Below are positions 12,419 through 25,500 of a stretch of DNA of 64,000 nucleotides, in pieces. The DNA comes from Bilabrum cf. latius. Taxonomy: Eukaryota. Both the position numbers and the translations under genes were made by a program. The notes under the pieces are model-generated. The model ran no database searches, was not told the origin of the DNA, and worked only from the letters and a program-made list of their open reading frames with translations. Each line of letters opens with the position of its first letter. Position 1 is the stretch's first letter. The DNA is taken from contig OZ237740.1 of the NCBI GenBank assembly GCA_965178125.1, forward strand, positions 186,001-250,000. Direction: 5' to 3'.

Positions 12419-15400
12419 TCAGAGAGAGCTGTAGGAACCCGTGCCTGCCGCGCTGCTAGAGGTAGCGGCAGAACCGGCACCCCCAGTGCTGCCATATCCG
12501 CCGGTTCCTCCCGCGGCTCCGGTGCTTGCCGTGCTGCCGTAGCCCCCGCCCCCAGAGCTGGTGTACGTGTTCACAGCAGCCTTGTCGACGGCGGCTGTGC
12601 TCGGCTGCACGGTCTCTTGCAACGCGATGAATCCTCTGTTAATTCCAGTGGACATGTCCGAGAAAATGTCCGTGAACGGCCTCCCCGGGTTCTACCTGTA
12701 CCACAGGAAGAAACCGCCGGCCGCGCCCACAAGAACCACTGTGGCAATGACGCCGCCCGCGATGGCGCCGCCGTTCTTTTTCGCGCTCTTCTGGCAGTAC
12801 TGCCCCGTCCATCCGCCGTCACACTCACACTTGTCGTCGATACAGTAGCCCCTGTTGGAGCAAACGGTGCAGTCGGGTCCCGTGGCGCAACTATTGCACT
12901 CGAAGCACTTGGTGGCGGGGTCATAACCGGCATGGCACTGGCAAGTACCAAACAAGCAGGTTCCGTGCAAGTTGCACTCTTCCTCGACAAAGCACTCAGG
13001 ACCCGAGAAGCACTTCGGACACGGGATGCACTCGCGGCCGTAATCGCCGAACTGGCGGAAGTTGTCCTTGCACGTGCAGACATTTCCGTCCTGGCAGGTG
13101 CCGTGCCCCGAGCAGGGCTAGGACTGGCAGCCGGTCTCGGGGTCGAGGCAGTCAAGGCATGCAGCGCAGTTCGTCGTCGAGTCGTAACCGTCGGGGCAGT
13201 CGCACTCGCCAGTCTGACCGTTGCACGTGCCGGCGTTGCAGTTGACGGGCTCGGTGCACCCACTGTCCTCGGTGAAGCAGGGCTCGCAGGCGCACTGGCC
13301 CGACATGGCATTGCAGGTCTGGTTGGTGGGGCACTGTACCGCGTCGGCACAGTTGCTCTCCTCGGTAAAGCACGGCTCGCAGGAGCACTACCCAGTCCCC
13401 GCATCGCACTTGCCGTTGCCGTTGCAGTTCTCGAACACTTGGCACGAATCCCCAGAGTAGCAGGCGTTGCATTCGCACACGCCGGTCCCTGCGTTGCAGG
13501 TGCCGTTCCCGTTGCAATCCTGCTGCACATCACAGGCCTCGCCCGAGTAGCAGCTGTCGCACTCGCACACGCCCACACCGGAGTCGCACGTCCCGTGTTC
13601 CCCGCAGTCGAGCGGCGTCTTGCAGTCGGGCCCTGTGAAGCAACCTTCGCACACGCAGCCCTTACCCGGCACGCAGGTGCCTTCCACGCAGAAGAAAGGG
13701 TCGGCACAGGCGGGACCCGTGGAGCAAGACTTTTCCACGCACTGGCAGACCGGCTCCTTGAGATCGTCCTGGCACAGGCATGTACCGGTGCCGTTGCACG
13801 ACAGCCCGTTGGGGCCCGCGGGACAACCCTCCTCGAAAGCGTAGATGTCATCGAAAGTGGCCATGTACACGCGCCCCCTGGTGACGTTGCCGTTGGCGAT
13901 GACGGGCGAGATCGGCCCGAGCTCGATGTCGTCGCCGGCCAGCGCCACGCTCCACTTGTACTCTCCGTCGGGGCCGAAGGCCCACAGCGTGGGGATCTCG
14001 TACGGGCCGTCTACCGCGTCCGAGCCGACGAACACGTTGCCGTCCTCGTCAAGGGCTGGCGAGGATCGCGAGTTTCCGAACTGCGGGCCCTTGTCGCTGG
14101 CCTGCCTCCCGGTGTAGCTCCACACAACCTGTCCAGTCGCGGCGGACACCTGGACGAGGGCACCACCCGAGTTGAAGTTGTAGGTGGCCAAAGTGACGCG
14201 ACCGTCGTCGATGTTGAGGGCCGGGGTGCTGAATCGGTTGGTGCCTCGCACGGAGGACACGGACGCCTGGGAGGCCGGGGGCAGGGGCGAGTCGTCCTCC
14301 TCCCCGCGCCAGTGACCCGGCCACGTGCAGTTGGACTCGGCCAGGCCCGACGTGCCCAGGTCGAACTTGCAGCGATACGCAACCGAGAGGGTCGCGTTTC
14401 TGTCGCCAACCACGTCGATGGCCCACAGGTAGCCCCTCTTCGACTGGATGTAGATCCTGTCTGCGTCAAGGCCGAGCACTGGGGCGGAGTAGAACTCGTC
14501 CTGGACCGAGGTCTCGTTCGTGTCGAGCTGCGCGAGCTGCGCCCCCGTCACGATGTCAACAAGCTCCAGCACGGGTCCGTACGCGTGCACGATGGCCCTC
14601 CGGAAATAGTCCATGGCCGGCGTGTGCCTCAGCGCGTAGGTGTTGTTCCCGTCATCGCGCGCCTCCCTCTGCCACAAAATAGACCCGTCCGAGGTGTTGA
14701 GCGCGACCAGGTTGCCCCCCTCGTCGGTTTCGTAGTTCGAGGACGTCCCCACAATCGTCACACCTTCGGGGAGGTTGTCGCCAGGCAGAGTGCCCTGCGT
14801 GGTGCACCGGACCGGCGCGTACACTGGCGCGCCCACGTCTGTCTTCCAGATCTCCTAGCAGGGGCTGTCCCCGTTCCTTATGCAGGCCTCGTATGGGATC
14901 ATGTAGACGTGTCCGTCGGTGGATCCCACCACAGCTACTTCGTCGGTCGTTGAGCCGTTCACGTCTATGAGGATCTTGCTGACGGCCGCGCCCTGCGGTG
15001 GGAATCAGGGGTTGGGTGCGAGATGCAGTAGGAAAACATGAATGCGATCAATCGAAGTTATACCTGTCCAGTGTATCAGGGGTGTTGTCATGGCTGAGGC
15101 TGTTGGGGACCAGACAGCATGGCAGTCAGCAGTGCAGCTCACCACGATCCCATCGGGTCCGCCGTCTGACAGAATACCAATCGTGTACGTTTGCAGAGTC
15201 TCAACATCGACCACGGACAGCTGGTTATCGCTGGTTCCAGTGACGAGGTATTCGTTGTTGGTGCTGACCACGCCAGTTTGATAAATCTCATGGGTTCGAT
15301 CCTCGGCCTGGATCGACGTATTACAAGGAGGAGAGTTAACGGGACCCTTCATGCCATTTGCAAATCCCTGCAAGAAGAGGAAGGCGGCACTTGAACAAGC

Positions 15401-15666
15401 GGTTCGATGTTGGGTCGCTTTGCAGGCGCTTGGGCCACATGCTCGTCGCAAAAGACTGTAGCAGCCTATGCATGAAGGTAAATTATTCCAAATAAATAAA
15501 CCATGGCGATCTAATACACCATCTATCGCCAGACTGGGGCGCAGCTGTGAACACCTCAGCCAGAGCTGCTTACCCTGTTGAGTTCATCGTGATGCACTGT
15601 TGTCCACACGGCATGGGCTATGCCTACGATGAATGGGACAAAAAGGACCTACACAGCTGCCTTCAT
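12419..15666 (-). CDS. Type I membrane protein: signal peptide, PQQ/BamB-like beta-propeller, multiple EGF-like (tenascin-type) repeats, TM helix, short cytoplasmic tail; two probable introns (~15368-15573, ~14965-15063)
   Basis: Propeller motifs (SSPALDEDGNVFVGSD, LWAFGPDGEYKW), repeats of the form CNGNGTC..G.CEC..CY.G..C, TM segment GAIAGGVIATVVLVGAAGGFFLW and signal MKAAV*VLFVPFIVGIAHA. TAGs at 13388, 13118 and 12692 interrupt the EGF and tail regions. Ends TGA. The second intron acceptor is uncertain. Confidence 0.8.
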
Positions 15667-15817
15667 ACTGTCAGAGGCGAAAAGCTGGCCGGCGAATCAC
15701 GCTTTTCTGGCAACCGTAGATAAATCGTACAAATGTATACATACACGTTACCTATTGTGTGACAATCCGGAGTAGTAAATAGAGATTCTGCAAGCAGGGT
15801 TTTAGGCACCGTTTTAC

Positions 15818-18800
15818 ATGGAAACAACCGGTCAAGATGTCGCAAAAGGTGCTATGTAGCCCCTCATTTTAAAATCAACGCTGGGCTGGGGTGGAGAGCC
15901 AGGAAAAGAACCTCCATCCTGGCCGACAGAGGATGCGATTGGCCTTGCACAGCTCTTCTTGACCGATGCGCTCTCATCGCGAAAGATAACGTATCGGTAC
16001 GATCCTATCAGCCTGTGGTGGAGAGGACTGTTTCATTCGTTTGGTCATCGCAATATGGTGACGCTTGCAGCCCTGGTGCACTGCTCCTTGGTTCTTTTCG
16101 AGCAGCCGTCGCACCGGCCAGGCTATGCGGGGTTGTCGCCGAAAGAAGCCGACCTTGGGTTCACTTTCAACACCAGCCCAGTCGAGGCTGTAATATTACT
16201 CATATACATTTTCGATATTTTCGCTCAAGCTCGATTCATGGGATGGCAAGCGTATGCGACGAAGTGGAACGTCGTCGAGCTGCTTTCTACGGTGGTGTTT
16301 GCGATCGACGTGCTGACTTCCAGCACTGGGCTAGTTGAGGAGCAGTTCAGTCGCATACTCAGGCCGCTATTCGTAGTGACGAAACGAAGGCACATTAGGT
16401 TCATCTTGAACGGGGTGCTGCATGCCTTCCCGGGCATGCTGCCCATCCTCATCATTCAGATGCTTATCGTGGTGCTGTTCGCTTTTACTGGATCTCTCAT
16501 GTTCAGTCTGTACAACCCGGTGTTCTAGGACCTCCCGAGCAATCTAACGAACGTTCCCCCCTACTGCAGCCCCTTCTACGGACAGAAGACGCCCGAGTTA
16601 GAGGGCGGATGTCAGGACTACTTCTTCTCTGTCGAAAGTAGCGTGTACGGGCTGACCACGCTGTCAACAAAGACTTCGTGGCCGAACATCATGCTGCCGT
16701 ACTATAGCAAGACGCAGTGGGCGGGCATATACTTCGTCCTGTTCCTGCTCCTTGACCACTTCTTCATCTTCCGGCTGCTGCTTGCCTCAGCCTCCGCCGA
16801 CTTCAAGCAGTACTGCTCACACGCGTTCGTGAAACAGCAGAGGCGGAACCGGGCTGCGTTTGCGGCGGCCTTTCGTCTGGTGAGCTACGGCGGGTACGTG
16901 TCTGAGGCCATGTGGCTGACGCTGGCTGAGAAAGTCAGCCCGAGGATGCCGCCCGCCGTAGCCCAGACTCTCTTCAGGGCGGTTGGAGGGGTCAGCGGGT
17001 ACATTGGCAGGCCCGGGTTCTTGGCCGCGTGCACACTCATGGACGTGGGCTGGGAGAAACTCGTGCCTCGCGACAACTCGGGAGACGGCTTGTTCGGAAG
17101 GGCTAGCTGCCTGTGGCGGGTCCTGCCTGCGTGCTGCGTGATTGGCCTGCCCACGCTCTCGGACGACAGGCACAATCATGTCAGCGGCTAGGACGAGGAC
17201 TGCAGGACGTGGGAGGACCCACGGACGTGGCAGACATGCGATGCCATCGGTGCTATTGTGTGCTGCCAGCTGGGGTGCTGCCGCAGGGGTGCATTGCATG
17301 ACAGTGCCTCGGAGGGTACAGGGTTGGACGGTGCTTCCGTCCCTCTTCGAACGGGAGGAAGACTCTCCCCGGTATTGGGTGAAGGAGTCGTGGGGGGCGA
17401 TAGACCTCCAGTAGCGAGAGCGCCGGGCCGTAAAGACCACTCATCGCCCTTCTCGGGGGCCCGCCACAGGTCAAAGGAAGTGTGCCTGCACGACAGGCAA
17501 GAGTTCGCGGCTTATGTGTGGCACCGCAGGTGGAGGTAGGGGCGGCGACACATTGTCAGCTACCTTCGGCATTGGGTGTTTGAGCTCGGGATGCTCGGTC
17601 TCGTTATCCTGGCCAGCGCTGTTGAGATCCTGCAAGCCACCCCGGTGACTGATGACGACGGCGAGAAGGGCAAAGGGTCCTCGTTCAACAGGAAGACCGA
17701 GTCCCTTGCCACCTCCAATGCACTGCAAGCGGTGTCTCTGGCTTTGCTGTTCGTGTTCATCATCGAGTGCATCGTAAAGGTAGTTGTGTTTGGTCCCAGC
17801 CCTTACTGGAGAGATGGATTCAATCGAGTTGACGCCATTGTGACTGTGCTGTGCACCGTCAGCGTGTTGGTGCAGTACGTCATCGCGGCGGCAGCGGAGG
17901 GCCATGAGGACGAGTCTTCCTGGAGCCTTTCCATCACGATGGGGTTTCTTGTTGGCGTATCCATCCGATCCATCCGATTTATTCGGATTCTGCGATTCTT
18001 GAAGCCGTTTTGGAGAGTGCTGGCGACGCTGCGTTCGATCGTGCCGCTGCTTGCACGCATCGGCGCCGTGCTTGGGATCATGCTGTACATCGCCGCCATC
18101 GTGGGCATGGAGGCGTTCGCTGGCAGGCTCGACATGAACGACCGGAACGTTCGCGAAAGTTCCTACGGGCACTCCGCGCAGCAGTCCATGACGTTTGATA
18201 CTTTCATGCACTCGATCGTGGTGCAGTTCGCTCTGCTCATGGTGACCCGCTCCCCTCTCATGATGGAGGGCGTGCTGGCCGCTGAACAGTCCTGGTGGCC
18301 GGTCATTTTCTTTGGCGTGTTCTACGTTGTAATGGTCATCGTGTCAACCAACGTGCTGGTTGCTCTCATCCTGCAAGGGTATTCCAGCCGGTTTGCAAGG
18401 GAGGTCAAGAGAGGGGACGGGCTGTGCGAGGCGTGGGAGCACCTGTGCTGCGTGGCTCAGATGGAGCTGCACGACCTCAAGCCCGACGATTTCCCCTTGC
18501 CTGTTAGTTTTGTCATCCGCAAGCCAGAGAGGTTTCAGTCCCTCGGTGACGCCCTCTTCGGTGAGGGCCTGAAACTCACCTTCGAGCGTGACTCGCTCAG
18601 GGTGAAAGACGAGTTCGATGCGGCTGCCTATGCCCGCTTCGCAGCGCGGGACCGTGGATTCAGCTCGGTTGACGGTGGGCCGGATCGGCCCAACAGCAGG
18701 ACTGAAGAGGATCTAGACGAGGAAGACAAGGAGTAGGGCGACCAGGGCGGGGCGCAGGACAGGGCTCGCTCCCTGACGGATTTCGTGTGGTCTCCGTTCG

Positions 18801-21800
18801 CGGTGCTGCTTTCGAGCGATTCGCTGAATGCCGAGGCCGACGCAATCGAGGAGATTCTGGAGGAGGACGAGGCCGAGGACGTGATGGAGTCGGACGACGA
18901 GGAGGATCTTGGGAAGACTGGGTTCGGGCACGGGTTTGCGCACGAATACAACTTTGTGTTCCTCGGCTTTGGCCAGGGCAAGGGACCGCTGCCGGGCGAA
19001 GAGACTTGCCTGCAGCACCTGTGGTCGTGCTGCTGCTGCTGGTGCGAGCTCCCCTGCTGCAGGACTCGATCCGCTGCTCGCCGTGACGAGTGGGGCAGGA
19101 GCCAGTACGGGAGCAGCGACGAAGGGGAGGGCTGGCGCGACCACGAGATGGCAGTGCCGATGAAGGCCGCCGCGGGCAGGCTCAACCGGAGGGCGAGATC
19201 GAGCCTGTCCGACATCGGGGACGAGTCGGTGATGGACGTGGCGGGCGTGGAAGACTCGGACACGGATTCGACGGTGTCTCAGCTTGAGGAACTGGGCGAC
19301 GGGTCGGCGGTGGGAGCCGCACTGGGTGAGAACCGCAGACTGCGGCCGGCCATACAGCTGGGGGCGCGGCACCGCAGGTCGTCAGTAGACTCGAAGAGCT
19401 CAGCGGCGGCCAGCAAGGCGAAGCGTCGGTGGCTCAAGGCAGCAAGACGTGCCACCATGCTAAGCCTTGGCATACGATCGATGGGAGTTGGAGACAAGCC
19501 AAAGCCAAAGCCACAGCTGGCAGTCTCTCAGGCCCCGGTAGCGGCACGTGCACTTCAATCGCCACCAGGGTTGGAAGGCGCTTTTGGCGCAGGGTATGCA
19601 TCTGCCCAGGACCCCTCAAGCAAACCAGGCGCTGGCCGCCATCCGCTGGCATCGACTGCGGGTGGCGAACCCGGCGGCGCGGATGGTCTAGAGGGACTGA
19701 ACCGCGCGTCTGCAAGCGATGCTGTGACGAATGCAAGTGACTCTGCCGGCGGATTGGACGAGGAGCTAGGTCATGAGCAGAGCAAGGGCATGCACGACAG
19801 GAAGCACTCCACCCTACAGCTCTTCTCCGAGCTCGCCCTGATGAGTGCAGAGCTGGACATGTCGCCAACGGTGCGCACGGGGGCTAGAAAGGTCATGGCT
19901 AGGCAGCGGAAGCTCGCTGCCAGGCGAAGCAGCGGTCGGATGGACCGGTAGCGCCGCGGGAGCGGGGTGTCTCAGGCGGGCTCACTCGCGCAGAGTGTGA
20001 GGACTGCGGGTCTGCACAGGGTCAACGAGTCGGCACCCCCTTCAGACGTGCGACGCTCGCTGCTGAGGCGTGGCACGGTTCGCGCCCTGCAGCTTGGATC
20101 CAGGGGCTGGAAAGAAGACCACGGTGCTCTGCAGGGAGTCAGGCGACCTTTGCTCGGGGTGGTGGGTGAAGGTGGCAAGGATGATGGTGAGGTGAAGACG
20201 AACGAAGAGGGCAGCAGCAGTGGTAGCGGTATCGGTGGCATGGACGACAGGCTCGGGATCGGGATCTAGCAAACTGTCAGTGCAGGTGGTGCAGGTGGCG
20301 CTCCACCGAAGCCCACCCACCGCAGAACTGCCTCGGTCATTCCAGAGGGATTGAGTAGTCCCAGCGGTTACGTGCCTTAGGGGGGTGGCATCGCGGCGGG
20401 GGGGGTGTCTCGGCGTTCTAGCCACGGAGTTGGCGCCGATGGGAAGCTCCAGCGGCGCGGAGCCCACTGGAGATTCAAGACAGCGATTCGAAAAGCCGCC
20501 ATGTTCTCTTTGCTGTCTCAGAGGGCTGGCTAGGTGACTGCTTCCGCGGCCTCCCAGGTCGACCCGAAGATGCTCGGCACGAAAGGAGACGCCACCGCGC
20601 TCCTGTCACCATGGGAGGCAGACCGACAGGCCAGGAAGGTCGACGTCGCTACAACTGAACGGCTAGCGCGGCTGTCGCTCGGACCGCGCCGTAAGCGGTT
20701 CCGCACGATGCCGCAGCCTCCCACCTCGGGCGACGATGCCACTCAGGTGCTCGCTTTCGCCGAGCAGGTGCTCCGGGCCCGGGCTGAGTCGAGGCACGCG
20801 TCGGGCACTGCAGGCGCTGGGGGGTCCAAGGGGCACCCGGACGTGGCGGGCGTGCCTGCCAGGCGCGTGAGCTCTCGCAGGGAGGCGTGGGCATTGAGGA
20901 CGTACCCCTGGCCGTGCCCCTGCTGCAGCCCTTCAGAGTCCGCGATGATCCTCCTGGGGGACTCCCCGGGGCCTTCTGCTTCGATGGGCGACGACCATGC
21001 CGGCATGCAGTCGCTGCGTGGGCTGTCAGAGCAGGAGACGCAGGAATTCATGAAGACGTGCTGCTGGTGCTTCGCACCTTGCGGTTGCGTGCCCCCGGAC
21101 GGGATATCGACCGCGAGGCACGACGGCAGGGGAGGAGTGCGTGGGTTTTAGCAGTCGTGGTGCGGGTCTTGTACGGGGTCTTTCTTGCGGTACGCGAGCT
21201 TCCTCTTTGCAGCGGTGGCTGATTGCTTCCGGAGCTGTGCACTGTGCTGCGTGGGTCTCTCCAGTGTGCTGAACTGCTGCACGGACGAAGACGATCGGCC
21301 GGATTCCCACCACCGGCGATCGCATGCCTCTGGCGGAGAGAGCATGTTCGAGTTCGGGGGCGATGATGCGGGGGGGCAGGAAGCTGGGGGCATGCGCGGC
21401 ATCGGCTATGCTGGAGGTGCGTACCACGAGTTAGATCACTCGGGGGGCGAGTCACCGGGCAAGAGTGGCCAAAGTGGCCAGGGTGGCATTCGGTCCAGAC
21501 GGCCCTCCCTGGAAGGCATCCCCGGGGATGCCTCTCTTGCAGCGAGGAGGAGGAACCGGTTCACCGTGGGCAGGAGCAGGCAAATGTCGGGAGGAGGGTC
21601 CAGGGAGAGCTCAGCGCACTTCGGCCAGGGTGCATTGCACGACGGTGCGGTGGCAAGGGCACCGGCAGGATCACCGACTGATGCCGGGCATGGATCCCGG
21701 CACGCGGGAGCGGCAAAACCTATGCGCATCCTGGGCACTGGCGCGATCGTGGGCGGTCAGGGAGTGGGTGCGGGTGCGGGTGCTGCTGGATCTGGTGTTG

Positions 21801-22390
21801 CTGTGGCCCGAGCGTCTTCACAGCACGCTTTGGGGGCCCGTTCGGCGGGACCTAGGGAACACGCAGCGTCTAGTAGTGGGGGTCTAGCCCAGTCGATGGG
21901 GGCCGGTGGGGTCGCGCCCGGCGGCGCCTTGCAGAAATCGACGGGGATGCTCCGGGCCCTCGGGGGTACCTTCTACAAGGCGAACTTGGGGCAGCACGCT
22001 GACCAGGTGGAGGAGCTCGCGGTGGCACTCCCGCCCAGCAAGGGGGTATCCAGAGCGTCAAGTAGGATTGATATGCGCTCGCAGGCCGGGGAGGAAGGTG
22101 TGGTGGGCACTGTACCGGTGGAGGGACGCCCACTAGAACCTTCTAGTGGCAGTGGCAGTGGCAGTGGCAGTGGCAGTGGCAGTGGCAGTGGCAGTGGCAG
22201 TGGCAGTGGCAGGGGCAGTGAAATTGCAGCAAGCGCGTCAGCAGCAACAGGAGGGGAGGGCGTGGAGGATGGATAGCGGACTGAGGCTAGCACTGGCACT
22301 GCTGGCAGGCGAACACTGGTCCTTCCAGCAGACAAGCAGGAGAGAATCGCGATGCTGCTGCGGTAGATCGAGCTTGAATCGGCGCAGTAA
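15818..22390 (+). CDS. Two-pore channel (TPC)-family cation channel with a very long low-complexity C-terminal tail (~2190 aa)
   Basis: Two 6-TM repeats. N-terminal AQLFLTDA, S4 segments FSRILRP and IRSIRFIRILRFL, pore DYF...L..LSTKTSWPNIMLPYY, S6 NVLVALILQGY, and an EF-hand-like linker. One frame with 12 TAGs; the first non-TAG stop is TAA at 22388. Confidence 0.8.
22145..22210 (+). repeat. (AGTGGC)11 coding microsatellite encoding a Ser-Gly run
   Basis: Perfect hexamer repeat within the TPC tail frame. Confidence 0.95.
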
Positions 22391-22598
22391 CGAGGATGTG
22401 GCACTAGTGAGTGTACCAAAAGGCGGCTGTTTACCATTCGGACGAGCAATGGCATAGCTGCAGCGATGCGATCTTGTTCACTTCTTCATCATGCTGGTTG
22501 CATCTTGAGCCTGACTACACTTGAGGTTGCTGTGTTCTTGGGACCCGGAGTCGCACACAAGCACCACGGCCAAAGATTATTAAGCAGTTGTGCCCAGC

Positions 22599-25500
22599 AT
22601 GCGTGCCACCAGCAAGTCATCTGCCTCGTTTGTTTCATGGTCTACAATCGGAGTAATGTATGCGTTTGGCTTGTTCACAATGTGGGCGCTGGCCATCTTG
22701 AATCGGTGAGGGATGTTAAAGAGTCCGGCAGCTGCGATCCACGCTCCAAGATGAGTGCCAACACACACCACAAAGTCTGATATTCTCATCGCGCAGCATT
22801 CGTGGAGGCTACAAGAAAGTGCCAAAGCCAAAGCCAGACAATGTTTTACTTCATGACGGCGACCGCAGGGCCATCATGGCCGGCGGCACAGCTGCCGTTG
22901 TTGCGATCCTGCACGGAATTCGGCTTTATGGAGAGTGGGCCGCAGTATGGCGCCGTTTCACATCATTGAGATCAGCTGTTCAAACAGCTACAGGGAGAAT
23001 GTTGCCTGTCTCTTCGCGTTGGCGGATGTGGTGGCCTATAGCTGCAGCCACCATTGAGCTGATCGCTTTTGCCTGGGTGGCTTTTGTGATTCAGTACTTT
23101 TCGTACTTTGTTGGATGGGGGGCATATTTTTCGATCGGTAAAAACAATGAGGCTTGCTCACGGGTGGGAGTCTTTGACTGGCTGGTAGGGAACGAGGAAG
23201 CAGACTGGTCTGCCAATCTCAGGTTGCATCGGGATACAGTTGCCATGTCTCTGCGCGGCTGGCTACAGCTGGGCTCCACCGGACTTCTCCTGTTTCTGAT
23301 GGGCTACTCGCCACTATTCATGGTTGGTGGACTGCTGATGGGACCGATCTACTACATCGGGTGGCGGGTGCCGAGCACCACTGCTAATTTCGAGCAAGGC
23401 ACAGAGGTGGGCGAGGCAGCCTGGGGTGTATTAGTGGCACTGCTTGCGTGCTTGACCATCATCCCGTCCATTCATCGCGGTGCAGGCTGTACCTGTTCGC
23501 CAGGGCGATCTACCGTCGTCTCAGTAGAGGACCTCGGCATCGTGCTGCCTTCCCCAAGAGCCCAAAAGAGACCCTCAGCGAGCAGCCTAAGGGAGTGTAC
23601 TTCAAACGGATTTTCTGCCACGGATTTGGCACCACTTGGGGGAACAGGCGGCGGCGGTGACTCCCCCGGACCTGCCCTCGCACTCGCACGTGGATCGCCC
23701 CCCTGGCTGCGGGAGGCACTGCAGCGCAATGCGATGCACCCGTCCACGCTGGCCAAGCAGAGCGGTAGTGCCTCTTCCCGCAGCGACGTGGCACCCCTGC
23801 CTATGGGCTCGCCTGCCAGTGAAAGCAGAAGGCTCTCCGATCCGCCGCTCCACAGGCCATCAAACGGGACCTCGACGCCGGCACCGACCAAGGGAATGGC
23901 TGGTGACCCTGCAAGGACGCAGCTTGCCGCTGTGGGCGCGGCATGCCCCAGCATGAGCGGTTTCAATGCTGCTGACGGTCTTGCGGGGCGGCGACCTTCG
24001 GAACGGGCGGCTGCGTCCGGCCAATGGCAGCGGGAGAATTTGGCCTCCTGGGCTGGTCAGGTGGCGGTGTGGCAGGCCGCTAGACCGGAACTGCGGTCGG
24101 CGCACAGTTGCTCCCTAGGGTGCATTGCATGGTGCTTCTAGCCCAAACGTCTGAAAGAGTCGATGGTGTCGTCTGGCCGCCTCGAGGCCTCAACAGATGG
24201 CGCGTCGGCTGCAACAGGCAGCGAGGGAGCCTTGGTAACCGGCGCACAGGCAGTAGAGGAGGAAGTGTGGCGACTGGCCGTTGGCAGCGCGTGGCATCGA
24301 GCCATTCCGAGGTCAGTGGTGACTGCTGGAGCCGCTCTGTCCGTGTGCTTACACCTGCTGCTGCTGTCGACTGAACTCTTCCTGCTCATCAGCATAGTGA
24401 GCTACTCGCAGATTCGCCAGAGCGACATGCGAAACCTCCATTAGACCATGCTCGGCATGATCGTCGCACTCGTCACACAGACGATAGGACACGTCGCCGT
24501 GGGGAGCATGCAGGCCCACTTCTACAGGGGATGCCTAGATCCGCGCACCTGCTTTTGCAGCTGGTCGCAAGCATGTGCACCAGCCCTCGATGGCGATGAC
24601 GATTACGAGCAACAGCATCCACAGGGGGGATTGGACCGACCGCTCCTCTCGGGGTCCAACGAAATAGGCCGCTCAGGTGGCGGCGCGGCGCCGCTATCGC
24701 ACGAGCCACATGGCTCTGGCTCGCTCGAGTCCCCGGGTCAATCCACCGGTGGATCGGGTGCGACGCATGCGCTCGCCGAGGCGCTGGCAGGGGGCCGTGC
24801 GGTGGTCGGGGGGAGTGAGCCTGCCTCTGCCGCCACCTCGGCAGCAGATAACGAGGACTTACAGCGTGTGCAAGCGCGTGATTTTAACTGGCAACAGTAG
24901 TAGCAGCAACACGGGCAGCAACAGCCCTCGGGGCAACGAGACCAGCTGCCCAGGATTTCTCCGTCTAGCGGCATTCCGGGCCTAGAGGGCGGGCATGTGG
25001 CTGACGCGGGTGCCCTGTCCTTTGGGATCGGGGGTGTTGGATTCGCACAGTACAGCGATGGCAGTGCGCATCCTACTAGGTTTAATATGATGCACCTGGG
25101 TGGCGCAGGCACTGATGAAGCTCTGGATTAGGAAGAGCTTTGGAGCGCCATGTACATGGCTGGACTGGACGAGGTGGCCCCTGGGGCGAGGGCGGCAGGG
25201 GGGCTCGGGGGTGGCTCCTCAAGGGCGTCAAGCGAAAGGTTGCTGCGGGGGAACGGGGCGTCTACGAGAGCTGTGCTGGCAGCGGCTTGCGCCAGAGGAT
25301 TCTATAATCCTCCATTGTCTCGGGGCTACGAAGTGGCGGGCGCGAGCTCGGTGTCCGGCGCCAGAAGCAGCAGCTTTGATTGGGCCCAGTCGGCTGCCAG
25401 CGAGCTGGGGCCCTCCGTCTCCTCCGGGGGGAACAACAGCAGCAGCAGTAGCGGATGGAGGGGGAGGGGGAGGGGGAGGGGGATGCATCCGGAGCACCAC

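Noticed and set aside
12617-14953. Long opposite-strand or alternative-frame ORFs (e.g. 12617-14953 +, 12571-13851 -, 7413-8810 -, 26590-27867 -, 1853-2878 +)
   Set aside because: Shadow ORFs of real GC-rich or repetitive genes, with no recognisable domains.
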